A stretch of DNA of 64,000 nucleotides from an uncultured virus (IMG/VR IMGVR_UViG_3300020577_006910) (taxonomy: Duplodnaviria > Heunggongvirae > Uroviricota > Caudoviricetes), in the IMG/VR virus record IMGVR_UViG_3300020577_006910; one strand, written 5' to 3'. A program made the position numbers and the translations under genes. This document shows positions 8,469 through 18,217 of this stretch, piece by piece. The notes beneath the pieces were generated by a model. That model had not been told where the DNA came from. It saw nothing but the letters and a program-made list of their open reading frames with translations, and searched no databases. Position 1 is the first letter of the stretch. The number at the start of each line of letters is the position of its first letter.

Positions 8469-9307
8469 AAATCATCGCCGGGAGAAAATGCGCGGTGAAC
8501 ACCGCGATGAAATACTTTAAAATCAGTATGAGAAGTTACGCCAAAACGTCTACCGGGGTGCGCCCTAAAACAAGCTCCGCGATGTTTTTGCAAGATTTGC
8601 ATGCTTGTGGTAAAAGCAGTCAATTTATCGCTATCACTCTGAATAGATGTTGGTACATATTTACTTCGCAAACTGTCAGAGTGTTGTCTGTGGACTACCC
8701 AAGGATGCGGATCTACGTAGGATATACTTGAATCTACCATATTGGCTCTATACAAGATATCATACGTTTCCCCTCCCCAGCCAAAACAATCCTCGTCGAA
8801 ACCATTTAAATCATAAAACTTAGCACTACGTATAGCAATCTGACGATCTATGCTGAGATTCTTAGGTAGTTCTTTGAAATAAGGGTTAGCAGTCCACTCG
8901 CCCTTCTCTATTGTATTCATAGGTAAGTTACAAACCATATCAACTAAATAAGTTTCGCTTTCTTTGTCGTATTGCTCAAATAGTTTACGTAAGTTTTTTA
9001 TATAAACAGATGCCACACGAATATCGACATCCACAAATAAAAAAATCTCACCTTTAGCTACCTGAGCACCGATATTACGAGCGTGCGCATGTGAATAAAA
9101 CGGACCAGCTTTAAAGGCATCAACTCTGACAATTACTATACGCGGATCATTAGCATATTTAGATTTTAATAATAATTTGTAGGTGTCTTGTGGACACGCA
9201 TAATCGATTAAAACAAGCTGGTCTATGCCAGCCTTTAACCAGTTTTTAATATTTTTAAACAAAGAAACAGGTCGATCTTTTACTGGCGTTATTTGAGAAA
9301 TAAACAC
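8465..9307 (-). CDS. glycosyltransferase (GT-A fold, GT2/GT7C-like)
   Basis: LVLIDY, ARNIGAQVAKGEIFLFVDVD (DxD), FYDLNGFDEDCFGWGGE. Confidence 0.88.
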   Translation of the reverse strand: MFISQITPVKDRPVSLFKNIKNWLKAGIDQLVLIDYACPQDTYKLLLKSKYANDPRIVIVRVDAFKAGPFYSHAHARNIGAQVAKGEIFLFVDVDIRVASVYIKNLRKLFEQYDKESETYLVDMVCNLPMNTIEKGEWTANPYFKELPKNLSIDRQIAIRSAKFYDLNGFDEDCFGWGGETYDILYRANMVDSSISYVDPHPWVVHRQHSDSLRSKYVPTSIQSDSDKLTAFTTSMQILQKHRGACFRAHPGRRFGVTSHTDFKVFHRGVHRAFSPGDDL

Positions 9308-9309
9308 AG

Positions 9310-10092
9310 TTATATACCCGTTTGACCACCTACCAGGTTACCATCCTGAGAATCAGAGTTAACAATTGCAGCAAAGCCATAGATTTTTGGCGTTTCACCG
9401 TAGCAGTTAAACGGGAGGTATGGTTCATTTGGAAGCAGTACAGCGCCTTGTGTGACTGCTTGCTGATGCGTCAACCATTTAAATTTATCTTCGTTCAAAT
9501 TACCTGATCTGTATACATCGGCTTTAACATATACGGCAGAACCATCAAACGTCTTATTATTATATATATGTCTATAAGCAGGCGCAGCAATAAATGTAAC
9601 ACTATCTATCTCAGTTGAACTTAACCCAACGTCGATGTAAAAATACGATCCAACTGCACGCTCGACGATAGGAAATTCGTAAAAACTTTTTACTGTGTCA
9701 TTAGTTAGAGGTGCGTTACTGTTTACAGTGCTAATACGTAAAACATCGCCAGCTACAATGTTTGTCTGTGAACCGAGATCCACCAACGCCCCTGAGTTAT
9801 CGCAGAGACTTACAAGTACACGACTCGGTCCTTTGGAAGTATCGACAGCCTTTAAAAATGTATAGGCGTTACTGGCGACCAAAGATACTTTACGCATACC
9901 AACGTTATCCACTACCCCGCCAATCGCCCCGTAAATACGAGCGTTCATGATCACAGAGACAGGGGTAGGTGACAAAGCTTTTAGCGACAAACCAGCTACG
10001 CCGCCACCAAATAGTCTAAAATTAACACCATTATTTGGAATGGTTTTTCCCGGATAACCTAGGCCGAAAGAGCGTACTATTTGTGTTGACAT
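9310..10092 (-). CDS. hypothetical protein (possibly virion)
   Basis: Gly/Val-rich ORF with own promoter and AAGGA SD. Confidence 0.65.
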   Translation of the reverse strand: MSTQIVRSFGLGYPGKTIPNNGVNFRLFGGGVAGLSLKALSPTPVSVIMNARIYGAIGGVVDNVGMRKVSLVASNAYTFLKAVDTSKGPSRVLVSLCDNSGALVDLGSQTNIVAGDVLRISTVNSNAPLTNDTVKSFYEFPIVERAVGSYFYIDVGLSSTEIDSVTFIAAPAYRHIYNNKTFDGSAVYVKADVYRSGNLNEDKFKWLTHQQAVTQGAVLLPNEPYLPFNCYGETPKIYGFAAIVNSDSQDGNLVGGQTGI

Positions 10093-10111
10093 TATTTAAT
10101 CCTTTAATATT

Positions 10112-10120
10112 ATTATAGCA
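10112..10120 (-). promoter_or_regulatory. extended -10 promoter (TGcTATAAT)
   Basis: Exact TGnTATAAT upstream of the SD of 9310..10092. Confidence 0.55.
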
Positions 10121-10122
10121 AA

Positions 10123-10506
10123 TTAAAAGTCTTCGTCATCATCCTCGTCTATAATACTTTCCATAAACTCTTCCGGCGGTATATCCCTATCAGCTTCCTC
10201 ATCTATATACGTATTATCCGGATTATCGTTTAAAAAAGACTCCATTTCGTCTTCATCAAATATTTCGTCAGATTCATCCCATGTATTAGGTCCCGTCATA
10301 ACCATCTCCGGTATATCGCTAGATTTTACCTTTTGTATCTCACCAATATGCACAGTAAGTACACGTCCTGACATATCTTCTATTTCACATAAAAAATCAT
10401 AATCAAAGATGGTTCTAATTGTTTTATTTACTTTAAATATCGGCGCAAATCCGTTTTTAATATATTTACTAGGATAAAGAAAACAATACAAATCTGTTCT
10501 TTTCAT
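10123..10506 (-). CDS. hypothetical protein, acidic C-terminus
   Basis: ORF in operon. Confidence 0.65.
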   Translation of the reverse strand: MKRTDLYCFLYPSKYIKNGFAPIFKVNKTIRTIFDYDFLCEIEDMSGRVLTVHIGEIQKVKSSDIPEMVMTGPNTWDESDEIFDEDEMESFLNDNPDNTYIDEEADRDIPPEEFMESIIDEDDDEDF

Positions 10507-10508
10507 TA

Positions 10509-11054
10509 TTAGCGCACTTTTTCAAACACCAGGATACTACCATCCTTTGTTGTTATATGTTCAATTAAAGTAAATATTTTCTCATTGTCGGGTATAAAGG
10601 TATGAGTAGAGCTGGTGATTAAGCGAATTAATTTAGTTAAAGATGTACGAGTTACGTTTGGTTTATATATTATAAATCTGCCGCCAAGTTTTAAACTATT
10701 CCAAGCATCTAATATACCTTTGGATAGATACGTCGGCGTACCTGATCTACACTCATCTATATCCCTATTTCCGTACTTATTATCAAATAAAAAAAGATAC
10801 GCTATAAAATCATACGAATAAACAATATCATAAACTAAACTATCCACAACTAAATCAGTCGTGTCTATTTGTTTTATTAAGTTATACGCTTTCTTTACCT
10901 TAAAATCAGGATCAGTTAAAGGCATGTAATTTAATATAAGAAAACGACAAACAGTGAACTTCTCCACTGTCTGTCTGAAAACACTTATATCAGAGTTGCT
11001 TAAGGTTCTTCGAATAAGTGTTTTTATTTTAGATAGTTCCGAGCGGGAAAACAT
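10509..11054 (-). CDS. hypothetical protein, possibly degenerate class I SAM-methyltransferase fold
   Basis: YDFI...ILDAWNSLKLGGRFII resembles the C-terminal MTase motifs; no clear GxGxG. Confidence 0.45.
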   Translation of the reverse strand: MFSRSELSKIKTLIRRTLSNSDISVFRQTVEKFTVCRFLILNYMPLTDPDFKVKKAYNLIKQIDTTDLVVDSLVYDIVYSYDFIAYLFLFDNKYGNRDIDECRSGTPTYLSKGILDAWNSLKLGGRFIIYKPNVTRTSLTKLIRLITSSTHTFIPDNEKIFTLIEHITTKDGSILVFEKVR

Positions 11055-11491
11055 TACATACGTACAATCTTTTCACTGCCACTAGAAGAAGTATTATTTA
11101 AATTAGACGTGCCAGGTTTAAGCATGGTCTCTATTCTTTTGCTTATTTCGTCAATCTTGTCTAACTGCCGATCTATATTAGGTAGCTCATCGTTAATTTT
11201 AGCTGACATGGGGTTAATCAACGCATTAACAAGCTTGTTAAACCTGTCAGATATAGTTTTAATAGTTTGATCATATTGATCAGAGTCTAGAGAAACAGTG
11301 TCAGCGGCAGGTAGTGTATTAACTACAAAATCCAACAAAGCAGAATTGCTAAGACAGCTGGCCTGTAGCTGACTAGATAAATTAAAAATATCAGTTTTTA
11401 AATCAACGTCCTCTTCTGTAATAGCCGCCATGTCCGCAATTTCATTAAGATCTTTGATTAGCTTATCATCGATATGAGGTAGGTTTTGCAT
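11054..11491 (-). CDS. hypothetical coiled-coil protein
   Basis: Start probably MQNLP (11491), just after the RNR stop. Confidence 0.65.
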   Translation of the reverse strand: MQNLPHIDDKLIKDLNEIADMAAITEEDVDLKTDIFNLSSQLQASCLSNSALLDFVVNTLPAADTVSLDSDQYDQTIKTISDRFNKLVNALINPMSAKINDELPNIDRQLDKIDEISKRIETMLKPGTSNLNNTSSSGSEKIVRM

Positions 11492-11496
11492 GTTTT

Positions 11497-14400
11497 TCAC
11501 AAAATGGAACAGGCACCACCGACACACGCCGCCTCGCCTTGTCTATCTGTGGTGTCTTCAATTTCAATCATCTGTTGATAATCAACGGGTTTAAAGTTAG
11601 AAATTAGGTCATTCCAGAATATCTCTTCGGATAGTGTCTTAACTGACTCGAATGGCGCGAAGGCGTACTTCTTATCACCATCATCTGGTATAAAAGATAC
11701 AGCTGCAAAGCTATAACGATTATCCCATAGATACTCTAAAACAGTAGCGGTCTCATCCGCTTTGATCATAACAGTATTAGACACGTTGTGGGTTATGTCG
11801 GTACCGTCGTGACCGCTGCCAGGTACCACCCAGTTAAGGTAACTCTTTTTAATGATCTCTAAATGGTCAATTGCGCTTAAATCAGATTTAATCAAAGTAT
11901 CCGGAGACACTTCAACTGGGAACATAATAGTAGCATCTGTATCTGACTTATCTACACACATATGTGGATTAAGACTCTTAAAATATTGATAACAAGCTTC
12001 CATTTTATTAGCTGTAATTCGTCTAATAAAGCGTCGACTATGTGCCGGGTGAATACCTGTTTCCATGATACCTAGCTCAAGTGAACTAGTACCCGATGGT
12101 TTAATGCATGTATTACGCGCACCTGGGCGGATACCCAACTTCTTAGCTATTTCTTTATTAGTAGAATTAATAACGTCAGCGCCAGCTTTTTGCCAATCTG
12201 GATTAGTGCACTTAGCGCCATTCGCTAACATGCCTGTCATGCTTACGCCTAGCAGAGCGTCACGCTTAGCAATAGTACCAGTGACCCAACCTAGATAAGG
12301 TAACTTTGTACGAGCAGCCTGTATGGTTCCAATTATTGCAGCGGCTTTGCATCTAGATAAGAAATCATCTAAATCTGTAACCGTAGCTGCATTAATCTCG
12401 CAAAGATTACACAGACCAAAACCAGAATAAATTTCACCTACTTTAACATCTGGCATTGGCTGATTGTTTTCACTACACCATTCTTTGATAAGCGGGAGAG
12501 TAGTGTCGTCTATATGTAAATACGAGTAGAAGTTAATTTCTGCGCAATTAGATACGTTTAAACCGCCTGACCAGTATGTATGTGTTGCATTATCTACAGT
12601 GATATCAAAAGTTTCCTCTTCCGAAACCTGAGCTTTTTGCAGAATATCATACGCAAGCGATTTATCGGAGTGAGTAGCTGAATTATTCTGCTTAAGCATA
12701 TCGCATACACTGCTGTAAATATCCGAAAGCTTAAACAACACATTATCCAGAAATACATTTAAAGAGTCTGGGGAATTAATAGATAACTTACCGTTGGTGT
12801 CTAAAATAGACATAACTCCGATAGATGAAAGAGCTATTTGCAATTGAGACAATACAGGGATATTATCTGATTCGATATATACGTCGTATTCAGATACAAC
12901 GCCCACTGCAGCAAACAAACCGTGTAAAAAGCTGCGTAGAGACTTGGCATCACGTGGAATTGATGTTAAATCTACTTTCTTTTGAACCGCTACAGCAGAG
13001 TCTGTTTCTGTCTTCTCACATATAGACACGCCGAACACCGCTCCGCGTGCAGCAATATCAGCATCAAGTTCAGCGGCAGTAATAGGGCCAACTAAACCAT
13101 CGATATTTTTTGCAAACTGCAAAGGTACCTTGTTTTTGTTAGATACGATTCTGTGCCCGTCTGTACCTACAAACTCACCTACCTCGGTATGGCAGCGGTA
13201 TACTTTGTTTACGCCAGTAGACCACTTTTTAACTACAGAGGTCCAGCCGCTTTCAGACCAGATTCTGTCGCCTACATTGATCTCGCCGATAGTAGACAGA
13301 CCGTTAGGAGTCAGTACCGTGGCCCAAGCAGGTTGACAAGGGTTACAACCGACTTCATAAGAATTGGTAAAGAAGAAGCCCGGCTCACCGTAGTTAGTAG
13401 CTGCCAAATCAAGAATATATTTAAACTGTTCTTTTGTAGTCTTGTCGCGTACAAGCACCGCAGAATTGTTCGCCATAGCGTATTCTGGGTGCTTAATATA
13501 CCACTTACCGATTTTACAGGTAAGCATTTCAAGATCGTCAAAAGAAAATAATGCGATTAAGGAAGATCGACGAATACCGCCAGATAAAACTGCTTGTGCT
13601 AAAATGCACATTATTCTATGCGCTTCAATTGGTCTAAGTTTACGCCCCTCTGCTTCCAGTAAAATGCTACGCACTACTTCGAGCGCTTTTTTAAGGGGTT
13701 TGTAACCAGGTGCTTTACCGCCACTTGTCTTTAGTGGCGCGCCTTTTGGTCTAATCTTGTTATATGCAAACTCAACCCAATAACCTTTAATAGCGCTATC
13801 AATTAATACTTTAGCAGCCTCTGCCCATCCAGCTATACTATCCTCAATAACATGATGTACTATGTGCTCGCTATTATCAAAAAACGAAATAGGTGGCAGC
13901 TTATCTACGTGGTGTTTTTGAACAGAGTAACCTACGCCAGTGCCGCACAGAAGTGCGTAAAAAGACTGAGAGAAAACTTCGGGTCTATCAATGTATGTAA
14001 ACGAACAATTATACTGACGTAGATTTTCTAACTGAATCGGTAAACCGCCAAACTGATATGAACGCATAGACGGCAGCACCTTTTTATCGTACATAAAGGG
14101 CGCTGCCCATCTGATCTCTTCCGCTAGATGCGGGAAATCCTCTAGATCCATATTTACACGACGATCCACTGTCTCCGAATAAGTTTCTCTACGTAATTTA
14201 TCAGGTAAATACTTAGCGTATTTTGCTATGTGAATATATTCAGATAATTCAGCTAAATTAAACTTCTTGCGATTTTGCCTAATCTTATCACGTTCATTTC
14301 TATAAATAATGTAGGCTTTGGCTACTTTTTCATTGTAAGTAACCAACACATGTTCAACAGTATCTTGAATCTTATTTATCGACAGAGTTTTAACGTCCTC

Positions 14401-14592
14401 TGCTTTAAGTAAGTCAACAACAGATTGTGTTATTACTTTAAGATCATCATCAGTTACAAAGGTATTAGTCGCTTTAAAAGCCGCTTTAACAGCTTTTAAA
14501 ATTTTATTGGAGTTAAAGCGTTCTTTAGCTCCGTTACGTTTAGTGACGAATAAAGTAGAAACAGCTGTTTTAGTACCAGTGTCCGTTGCCAT
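11497..14592 (-). CDS. nrdJ: class II (B12-dependent) ribonucleotide reductase with N-terminal ATP-cone, intein-containing
   Basis: ATP cone VTKRNGAKERFNSNKI; YNCSF, LCGTGVGYSV, GGKAPG, VLSGGIRRSS, GEPG, split NP|CAEI, CNLCEIN, TCIKPSGTSS, HNVSNT, C-terminal ACVGGAC. Confidence 0.93.
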   Translation of the reverse strand: MATDTGTKTAVSTLFVTKRNGAKERFNSNKILKAVKAAFKATNTFVTDDDLKVITQSVVDLLKAEDVKTLSINKIQDTVEHVLVTYNEKVAKAYIIYRNERDKIRQNRKKFNLAELSEYIHIAKYAKYLPDKLRRETYSETVDRRVNMDLEDFPHLAEEIRWAAPFMYDKKVLPSMRSYQFGGLPIQLENLRQYNCSFTYIDRPEVFSQSFYALLCGTGVGYSVQKHHVDKLPPISFFDNSEHIVHHVIEDSIAGWAEAAKVLIDSAIKGYWVEFAYNKIRPKGAPLKTSGGKAPGYKPLKKALEVVRSILLEAEGRKLRPIEAHRIMCILAQAVLSGGIRRSSLIALFSFDDLEMLTCKIGKWYIKHPEYAMANNSAVLVRDKTTKEQFKYILDLAATNYGEPGFFFTNSYEVGCNPCQPAWATVLTPNGLSTIGEINVGDRIWSESGWTSVVKKWSTGVNKVYRCHTEVGEFVGTDGHRIVSNKNKVPLQFAKNIDGLVGPITAAELDADIAARGAVFGVSICEKTETDSAVAVQKKVDLTSIPRDAKSLRSFLHGLFAAVGVVSEYDVYIESDNIPVLSQLQIALSSIGVMSILDTNGKLSINSPDSLNVFLDNVLFKLSDIYSSVCDMLKQNNSATHSDKSLAYDILQKAQVSEEETFDITVDNATHTYWSGGLNVSNCAEINFYSYLHIDDTTLPLIKEWCSENNQPMPDVKVGEIYSGFGLCNLCEINAATVTDLDDFLSRCKAAAIIGTIQAARTKLPYLGWVTGTIAKRDALLGVSMTGMLANGAKCTNPDWQKAGADVINSTNKEIAKKLGIRPGARNTCIKPSGTSSLELGIMETGIHPAHSRRFIRRITANKMEACYQYFKSLNPHMCVDKSDTDATIMFPVEVSPDTLIKSDLSAIDHLEIIKKSYLNWVVPGSGHDGTDITHNVSNTVMIKADETATVLEYLWDNRYSFAAVSFIPDDGDKKYAFAPFESVKTLSEEIFWNDLISNFKPVDYQQMIEIEDTTDRQGEAACVGGACSIL
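12547..13338 (-). mobile_element. intein (264 aa) with degenerate LAGLIDADG domain
   Basis: Begins CQPAWATVLTPNG; block B GTDGHRI; ends TFDITVDNATHTYWSGGLNVSN followed by Cys. Removal restores GCNPCAEI. Confidence 0.93.
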
Positions 14593-14618
14593 TACAAATC
14601 CTTATTATTTATGATTAA

Positions 14619-15530
14619 TTAAACAGAGGCAAAACTAGCGGGAAATTTATTAATAGTGTCAGTGAAAAGCTTACTATACGTAGGGGCTGCTTCATTAGCG
14701 GCTAAGCAGTCCTTAACGGCCTGATACCAAGGCATAGAAGTATCCCATGGAGCCACTGGAGTACCTTTTGCGGGATCGCCATAACCATCCCAATCCCACA
14801 AGACGATGCCGTCGCAATTAGTAAGACACCAACTGACGTTAGCTAACATAGTTTTATAATCTAGGAAATAACGTTTACCGTCAGCTCTGTACGCCATTCT
14901 AGGTTGTACCCATGCATAGATAGGTAGATTGCGTGGGTTATTGGCACGCATGACGCCTAGCATTGTTTCGTTATATTTAATTTGAGTAGGGAAGCTACCA
15001 ATAGGGTCGTCTTTTCCTGTGTACTCACTTGGATACGCTGAAAATGTCAGCGCATCTATATTATCCATAATAAGCTTGCTTAGCTCACCGCCGCTAAGTG
15101 TAGGCACCGCAACATTAGTACGCCACGATTCAGTAGCTGCAACAGGATTCAATGGATTAAAATTACCGTTTGGGTGGCCGTAAACAAAGACCTTACCTGT
15201 GGGGTTTTTACTCTTATATTTTTTAAGTAGCGTACCCGCCCATAGTTTAAAATTGTAAATCTTGATAAGATCAAGTGGAGCAACGTTATAAGGATCAGCA
15301 AGCCACGGCTCTAAATCAAAATAAACATGTTTAGTTGTATCTAAGGCAGCTAGTGCAGCCTCTACATCGGTAGCCCACTTAGGCTCGATATTTGGCACTT
15401 CTTTACCTGTGCTATCTTTACCGTAAAAATTACGATTACACGTCTGTATGAACTCGCAACCAGGAAGCCCAGCATCGGCAGGCATTCCTGTTCGATATCC
15501 CATGGCATTAAATACTTTCTTATTAGGCAT
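14619..15530 (-). CDS. putative glycoside hydrolase-like TIM-barrel protein (GH56/hyaluronidase-like motif order)
   Basis: VYFDLEPW, KVFVYGHP, DALTFSAYP, LPIYAWV, DGIVLW. Confidence 0.55.
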   Translation of the reverse strand: MPNKKVFNAMGYRTGMPADAGLPGCEFIQTCNRNFYGKDSTGKEVPNIEPKWATDVEAALAALDTTKHVYFDLEPWLADPYNVAPLDLIKIYNFKLWAGTLLKKYKSKNPTGKVFVYGHPNGNFNPLNPVAATESWRTNVAVPTLSGGELSKLIMDNIDALTFSAYPSEYTGKDDPIGSFPTQIKYNETMLGVMRANNPRNLPIYAWVQPRMAYRADGKRYFLDYKTMLANVSWCLTNCDGIVLWDWDGYGDPAKGTPVAPWDTSMPWYQAVKDCLAANEAAPTYSKLFTDTINKFPASFASV

Positions 15531-15551
15531 TAGAGTGTCCTTAATTAGAGA

Positions 15552-16121
15552 TTAAAAATTACCAGCAACAGGTAACGAAGGTTTAGGTATACTAGAAAAC
15601 TGATTATTATAATTACCTTTATCAGAATAATTTTCGGAAACAGAATTCTGTCCTAAGACAGGCACTCCATCAGATCCAAGTGCAGCGATAAAAGCAACTT
15701 GACCTATTCTCATATTTGAATAAATAATAGTTGGTTTAGTTACAGTTATCTCAAGCGTCCAGTGTCCGGCAAATCCTATATCTCCGAAACCAGCTGCTTG
15801 ATGTATAGTTATATTATATCGCGCAGTCGATGATCTACCTTCCAAAATCGGCACAGTTGTAGTACATCTAGTCCATTCTTTTGTAACGCCTAAATAAAAA
15901 GAACCCGGTTTAAGCGTAAAGCCGTCCGGATAATCGTTTAAATTATATTCACGATATTTAGGTGTTTTTCTTGTATTTAAAATATTTGAAGTAAATTCAA
16001 ATAAAGTATTAGCCAGTGTTATATCGTAACTATTGGGACCTAGACATTTTTCATTAAATGGTTTAATTTCAATTTCTTTTTTGTTAATCAGTTCAATGAT
16101 CTTTGACCGCAGCAGAATCAT
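15552..16121 (-). CDS. dcd: dCTP deaminase
   Basis: GPNSYDITL, LEGRSSTAR, AGFGDIGFAGHWTLEI, RIGQV. Confidence 0.93.
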   Translation of the reverse strand: MILLRSKIIELINKKEIEIKPFNEKCLGPNSYDITLANTLFEFTSNILNTRKTPKYREYNLNDYPDGFTLKPGSFYLGVTKEWTRCTTTVPILEGRSSTARYNITIHQAAGFGDIGFAGHWTLEITVTKPTIIYSNMRIGQVAFIAALGSDGVPVLGQNSVSENYSDKGNYNNQFSSIPKPSLPVAGNF

Positions 16122-16749
16122 TCAGAATTCCTTCCATTCCGGAAATGCGCAGAATAGGTCTTCCAGCGTGCACCCAACCAAAAACATTTTTCTTTATCAC
16201 GTTTACTATGCTTTCAGTTGGTAGTTCACCTGGAACTACAAAATTAAATGGACACAGATCTTGCTGTTTTTCGGATACGTCATTCCAAACCGAATCAGGA
16301 ATTTCACCATATAAAGCGGTAGCTCGTTCTCTACGTACAATTTCTGTAACTGTAACCATTAAAACAATACTTCGGCTGTTGGCATCTTTTGTAAGTCCCC
16401 ACTCAGCTTCATTCACGTGCCTACAGTCAGTAATTACCACAGGCCCATCTAACTTTTCTCGCATCTCTTGTACTTTGTTGACCCAATAAAATGGATCAAT
16501 CTTTCGCATATCTTTACCGTGCTGCTGCAGCTCAGCACGATATACCGATTTATTGTTATTTAAATAATCTACAGTAATTCCGTGTCTATCTGCTACTTCT
16601 TGTTTAAGAGCATCTGCGAAAGCTAGTCTGGTATATCCGCAGTGACGCACTAATTGTTGACCTATGTAATCTTTACCCGCACACATTTTTCCTACTAAAC
16701 ATATCGTATGCGCATAATAGTTAAATATTTGATCTACCGTTGTATTCAT
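16093..16749 (-). CDS. deoxynucleoside monophosphate kinase
   Basis: LVGKMCAGKD, AFADALK, RAELQQHG, VITDCRHVNE. Confidence 0.85.
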   Translation of the reverse strand: MNTTVDQIFNYYAHTICLVGKMCAGKDYIGQQLVRHCGYTRLAFADALKQEVADRHGITVDYLNNNKSVYRAELQQHGKDMRKIDPFYWVNKVQEMREKLDGPVVITDCRHVNEAEWGLTKDANSRSIVLMVTVTEIVRRERATALYGEIPDSVWNDVSEKQQDLCPFNFVVPGELPTESIVNVIKKNVFGWVHAGRPILRISGMEGILNDSAAVKDH

Positions 16750-16779
16750 GAAATAAATGTCCTTTAATTTAATTAATGA

Positions 16780-17262
16780 TTACTGTAAGTCAGCAAATAG
16801 ATTTATAGCATCAGAAATACTCGGTACTCTAAAGTTAATTAATTGGCGAATAAAAATATGGTCATGGGGGTTACCTGTAGGTTCCATGACAGCTATAACA
16901 ATTTTATTTAATTCTGACGCTAATGTGATTTCACATACTGTACCGATTGAAACAGTTTTAGCGTTTAAAAGATTAACGATCAAATAATCGCACTTACGTA
17001 CATCGTTAAAATCTCGACTGATTATACCTTTTTCAGTTGTTAGCGGGTCCAGGTCTAATGCCTTATTAGGAATAACTGTTTTACCGTAGACGTTAGCTAG
17101 ATGTTCCTTTTTGCGCATAGGATCATGCACGTCTACTTCATTCATACCACGCTTTTTTAATTCTTCAACAAAATCATTACGCCAACCAGTTGCTTCTTCG
17201 TATGTAAGATGACTGATGGGTCCTGCAAGATACACTCTAGGTTGCAGTAAAACGGCGCTCAT
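16780..17262 (-). CDS. nucleoside 2-deoxyribosyltransferase / nucleotide N-glycosidase superfamily protein
   Basis: VYLAGPI, DP, RDFNDVRKCD, SIGTVCEI. Confidence 0.85.
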   Translation of the reverse strand: MSAVLLQPRVYLAGPISHLTYEEATGWRNDFVEELKKRGMNEVDVHDPMRKKEHLANVYGKTVIPNKALDLDPLTTEKGIISRDFNDVRKCDYLIVNLLNAKTVSIGTVCEITLASELNKIVIAVMEPTGNPHDHIFIRQLINFRVPSISDAINLFADLQ

Positions 17263-17750
17263 TCAAATACCTCTTTATACTTTGTCGTGTAAGCCCAATT
17301 TGCTACATTTAAAGCATCGGCTTCATTGTCATCGCCTATGTCTATCATAGGAAAGCTTTTACTAGCTGCATCAATCATTTCTTCTTTAGACGCTCTACCG
17401 TTACCAGTGGAATGCTTTTTCAGAGTGCCCACGGATACTGAAACTAACTTTTTATTGAAATCGTGGGCACTCAACATCAGTACACTAAGAAGCTGGTGGT
17501 GTACCGCGTGCGCCATGGTATACTTTGAGAAATCTACTCTTTCAAAAACAAAAGAATGGATTTGTGGGTGTTTCGTAAGCATTTGATTGATAGCTTCACG
17601 GAATTTTACCACCCTGGACAAATCCGAATCTTTGCTTTTCTTACTAAAGTTAAACGTACCGCTGTCTAGAATTACACCTTTGTTATCTATTACGGCGTAA
17701 CCTGTTTTTGTAGCTATGTCTAAACAAAGTATGCTGCTAGTGTTTGTCAT
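17259..17750 (-). CDS. RuvC-like Holliday junction resolvase
   Basis: ILCLDIATKTGYA, VFERV, LKKHSTGNGRASKEEM, DDNEADAL. Confidence 0.9.
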   Translation of the reverse strand: MTNTSSILCLDIATKTGYAVIDNKGVILDSGTFNFSKKSKDSDLSRVVKFREAINQMLTKHPQIHSFVFERVDFSKYTMAHAVHHQLLSVLMLSAHDFNKKLVSVSVGTLKKHSTGNGRASKEEMIDAASKSFPMIDIGDDNEADALNVANWAYTTKYKEVFE

Positions 17751-17756
17751 ACTAGC

Positions 17757-17765
17757 AGCATAGCA
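17757..17765 (-). promoter_or_regulatory. extended -10 (TGcTATGCT), 6 nt before ATG; putative leaderless promoter
   Basis: TGCTATGCT-GCTAGT-ATG, no SD. Confidence 0.45.
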
Positions 17766-17775
17766 TACTAAGTTA

Positions 17776-18108
17776 TTATGTCAAGGGGATACGATTGCGA
17801 AGAACCTCTTTGAGAGGCACTATAAAACCACGCGTGTTAGGATTTGTATAATCTAACAACAAATGCTCGCCAGGACGAACCCGTGTGCAAGAATTCGGGA
17901 AACGTTCAGCATCTTCTTTAGTAAAAGATCTACAATTACGAAGCTGAAGATTAACCCGCGGTTTTTTATCAATTTTACCGTTTAAAATATCGACTCTACG
18001 AGCAGTAGAAAAGGTATAAACTTTACTGTTTTCTAATTGCGAACCCAAATCACCTGGTTTAGTAGTAGGTGTAGAAAGCGAAGGCGAGGCAGCGATAGAA
18101 CCAGACAT
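17776..18108 (-). CDS. hypothetical protein
   Basis: ORF with AAGGA SD. Confidence 0.65.
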   Translation of the reverse strand: MSGSIAASPSLSTPTTKPGDLGSQLENSKVYTFSTARRVDILNGKIDKKPRVNLQLRNCRSFTKEDAERFPNSCTRVRPGEHLLLDYTNPNTRGFIVPLKEVLRNRIPLT

Positions 18109-18152
18109 AGGAAGTCCTTGTTGTGAAACGGTTATGGCAACGCATCAACACA

Positions 18153-18191
18153 ATAACAGCGATTAGGTGCCATGAACACTAACCGCTGTTA
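18153..18191 (-). terminator. intergenic hairpin, putative terminator
   Basis: TAACAGCGGTTAG...CTAATCGCTGTTA followed by TTGT. Confidence 0.5.
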
Positions 18192-18217
18192 CGTGATACG
18201 ACTATTTATAATATTAT

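Noticed and set aside
10123..10506. MKRTDLYCF start as an outlying YxF-array member
   Set aside because: Single isolated case with a very acidic composition unlike the array; plausibly chance.
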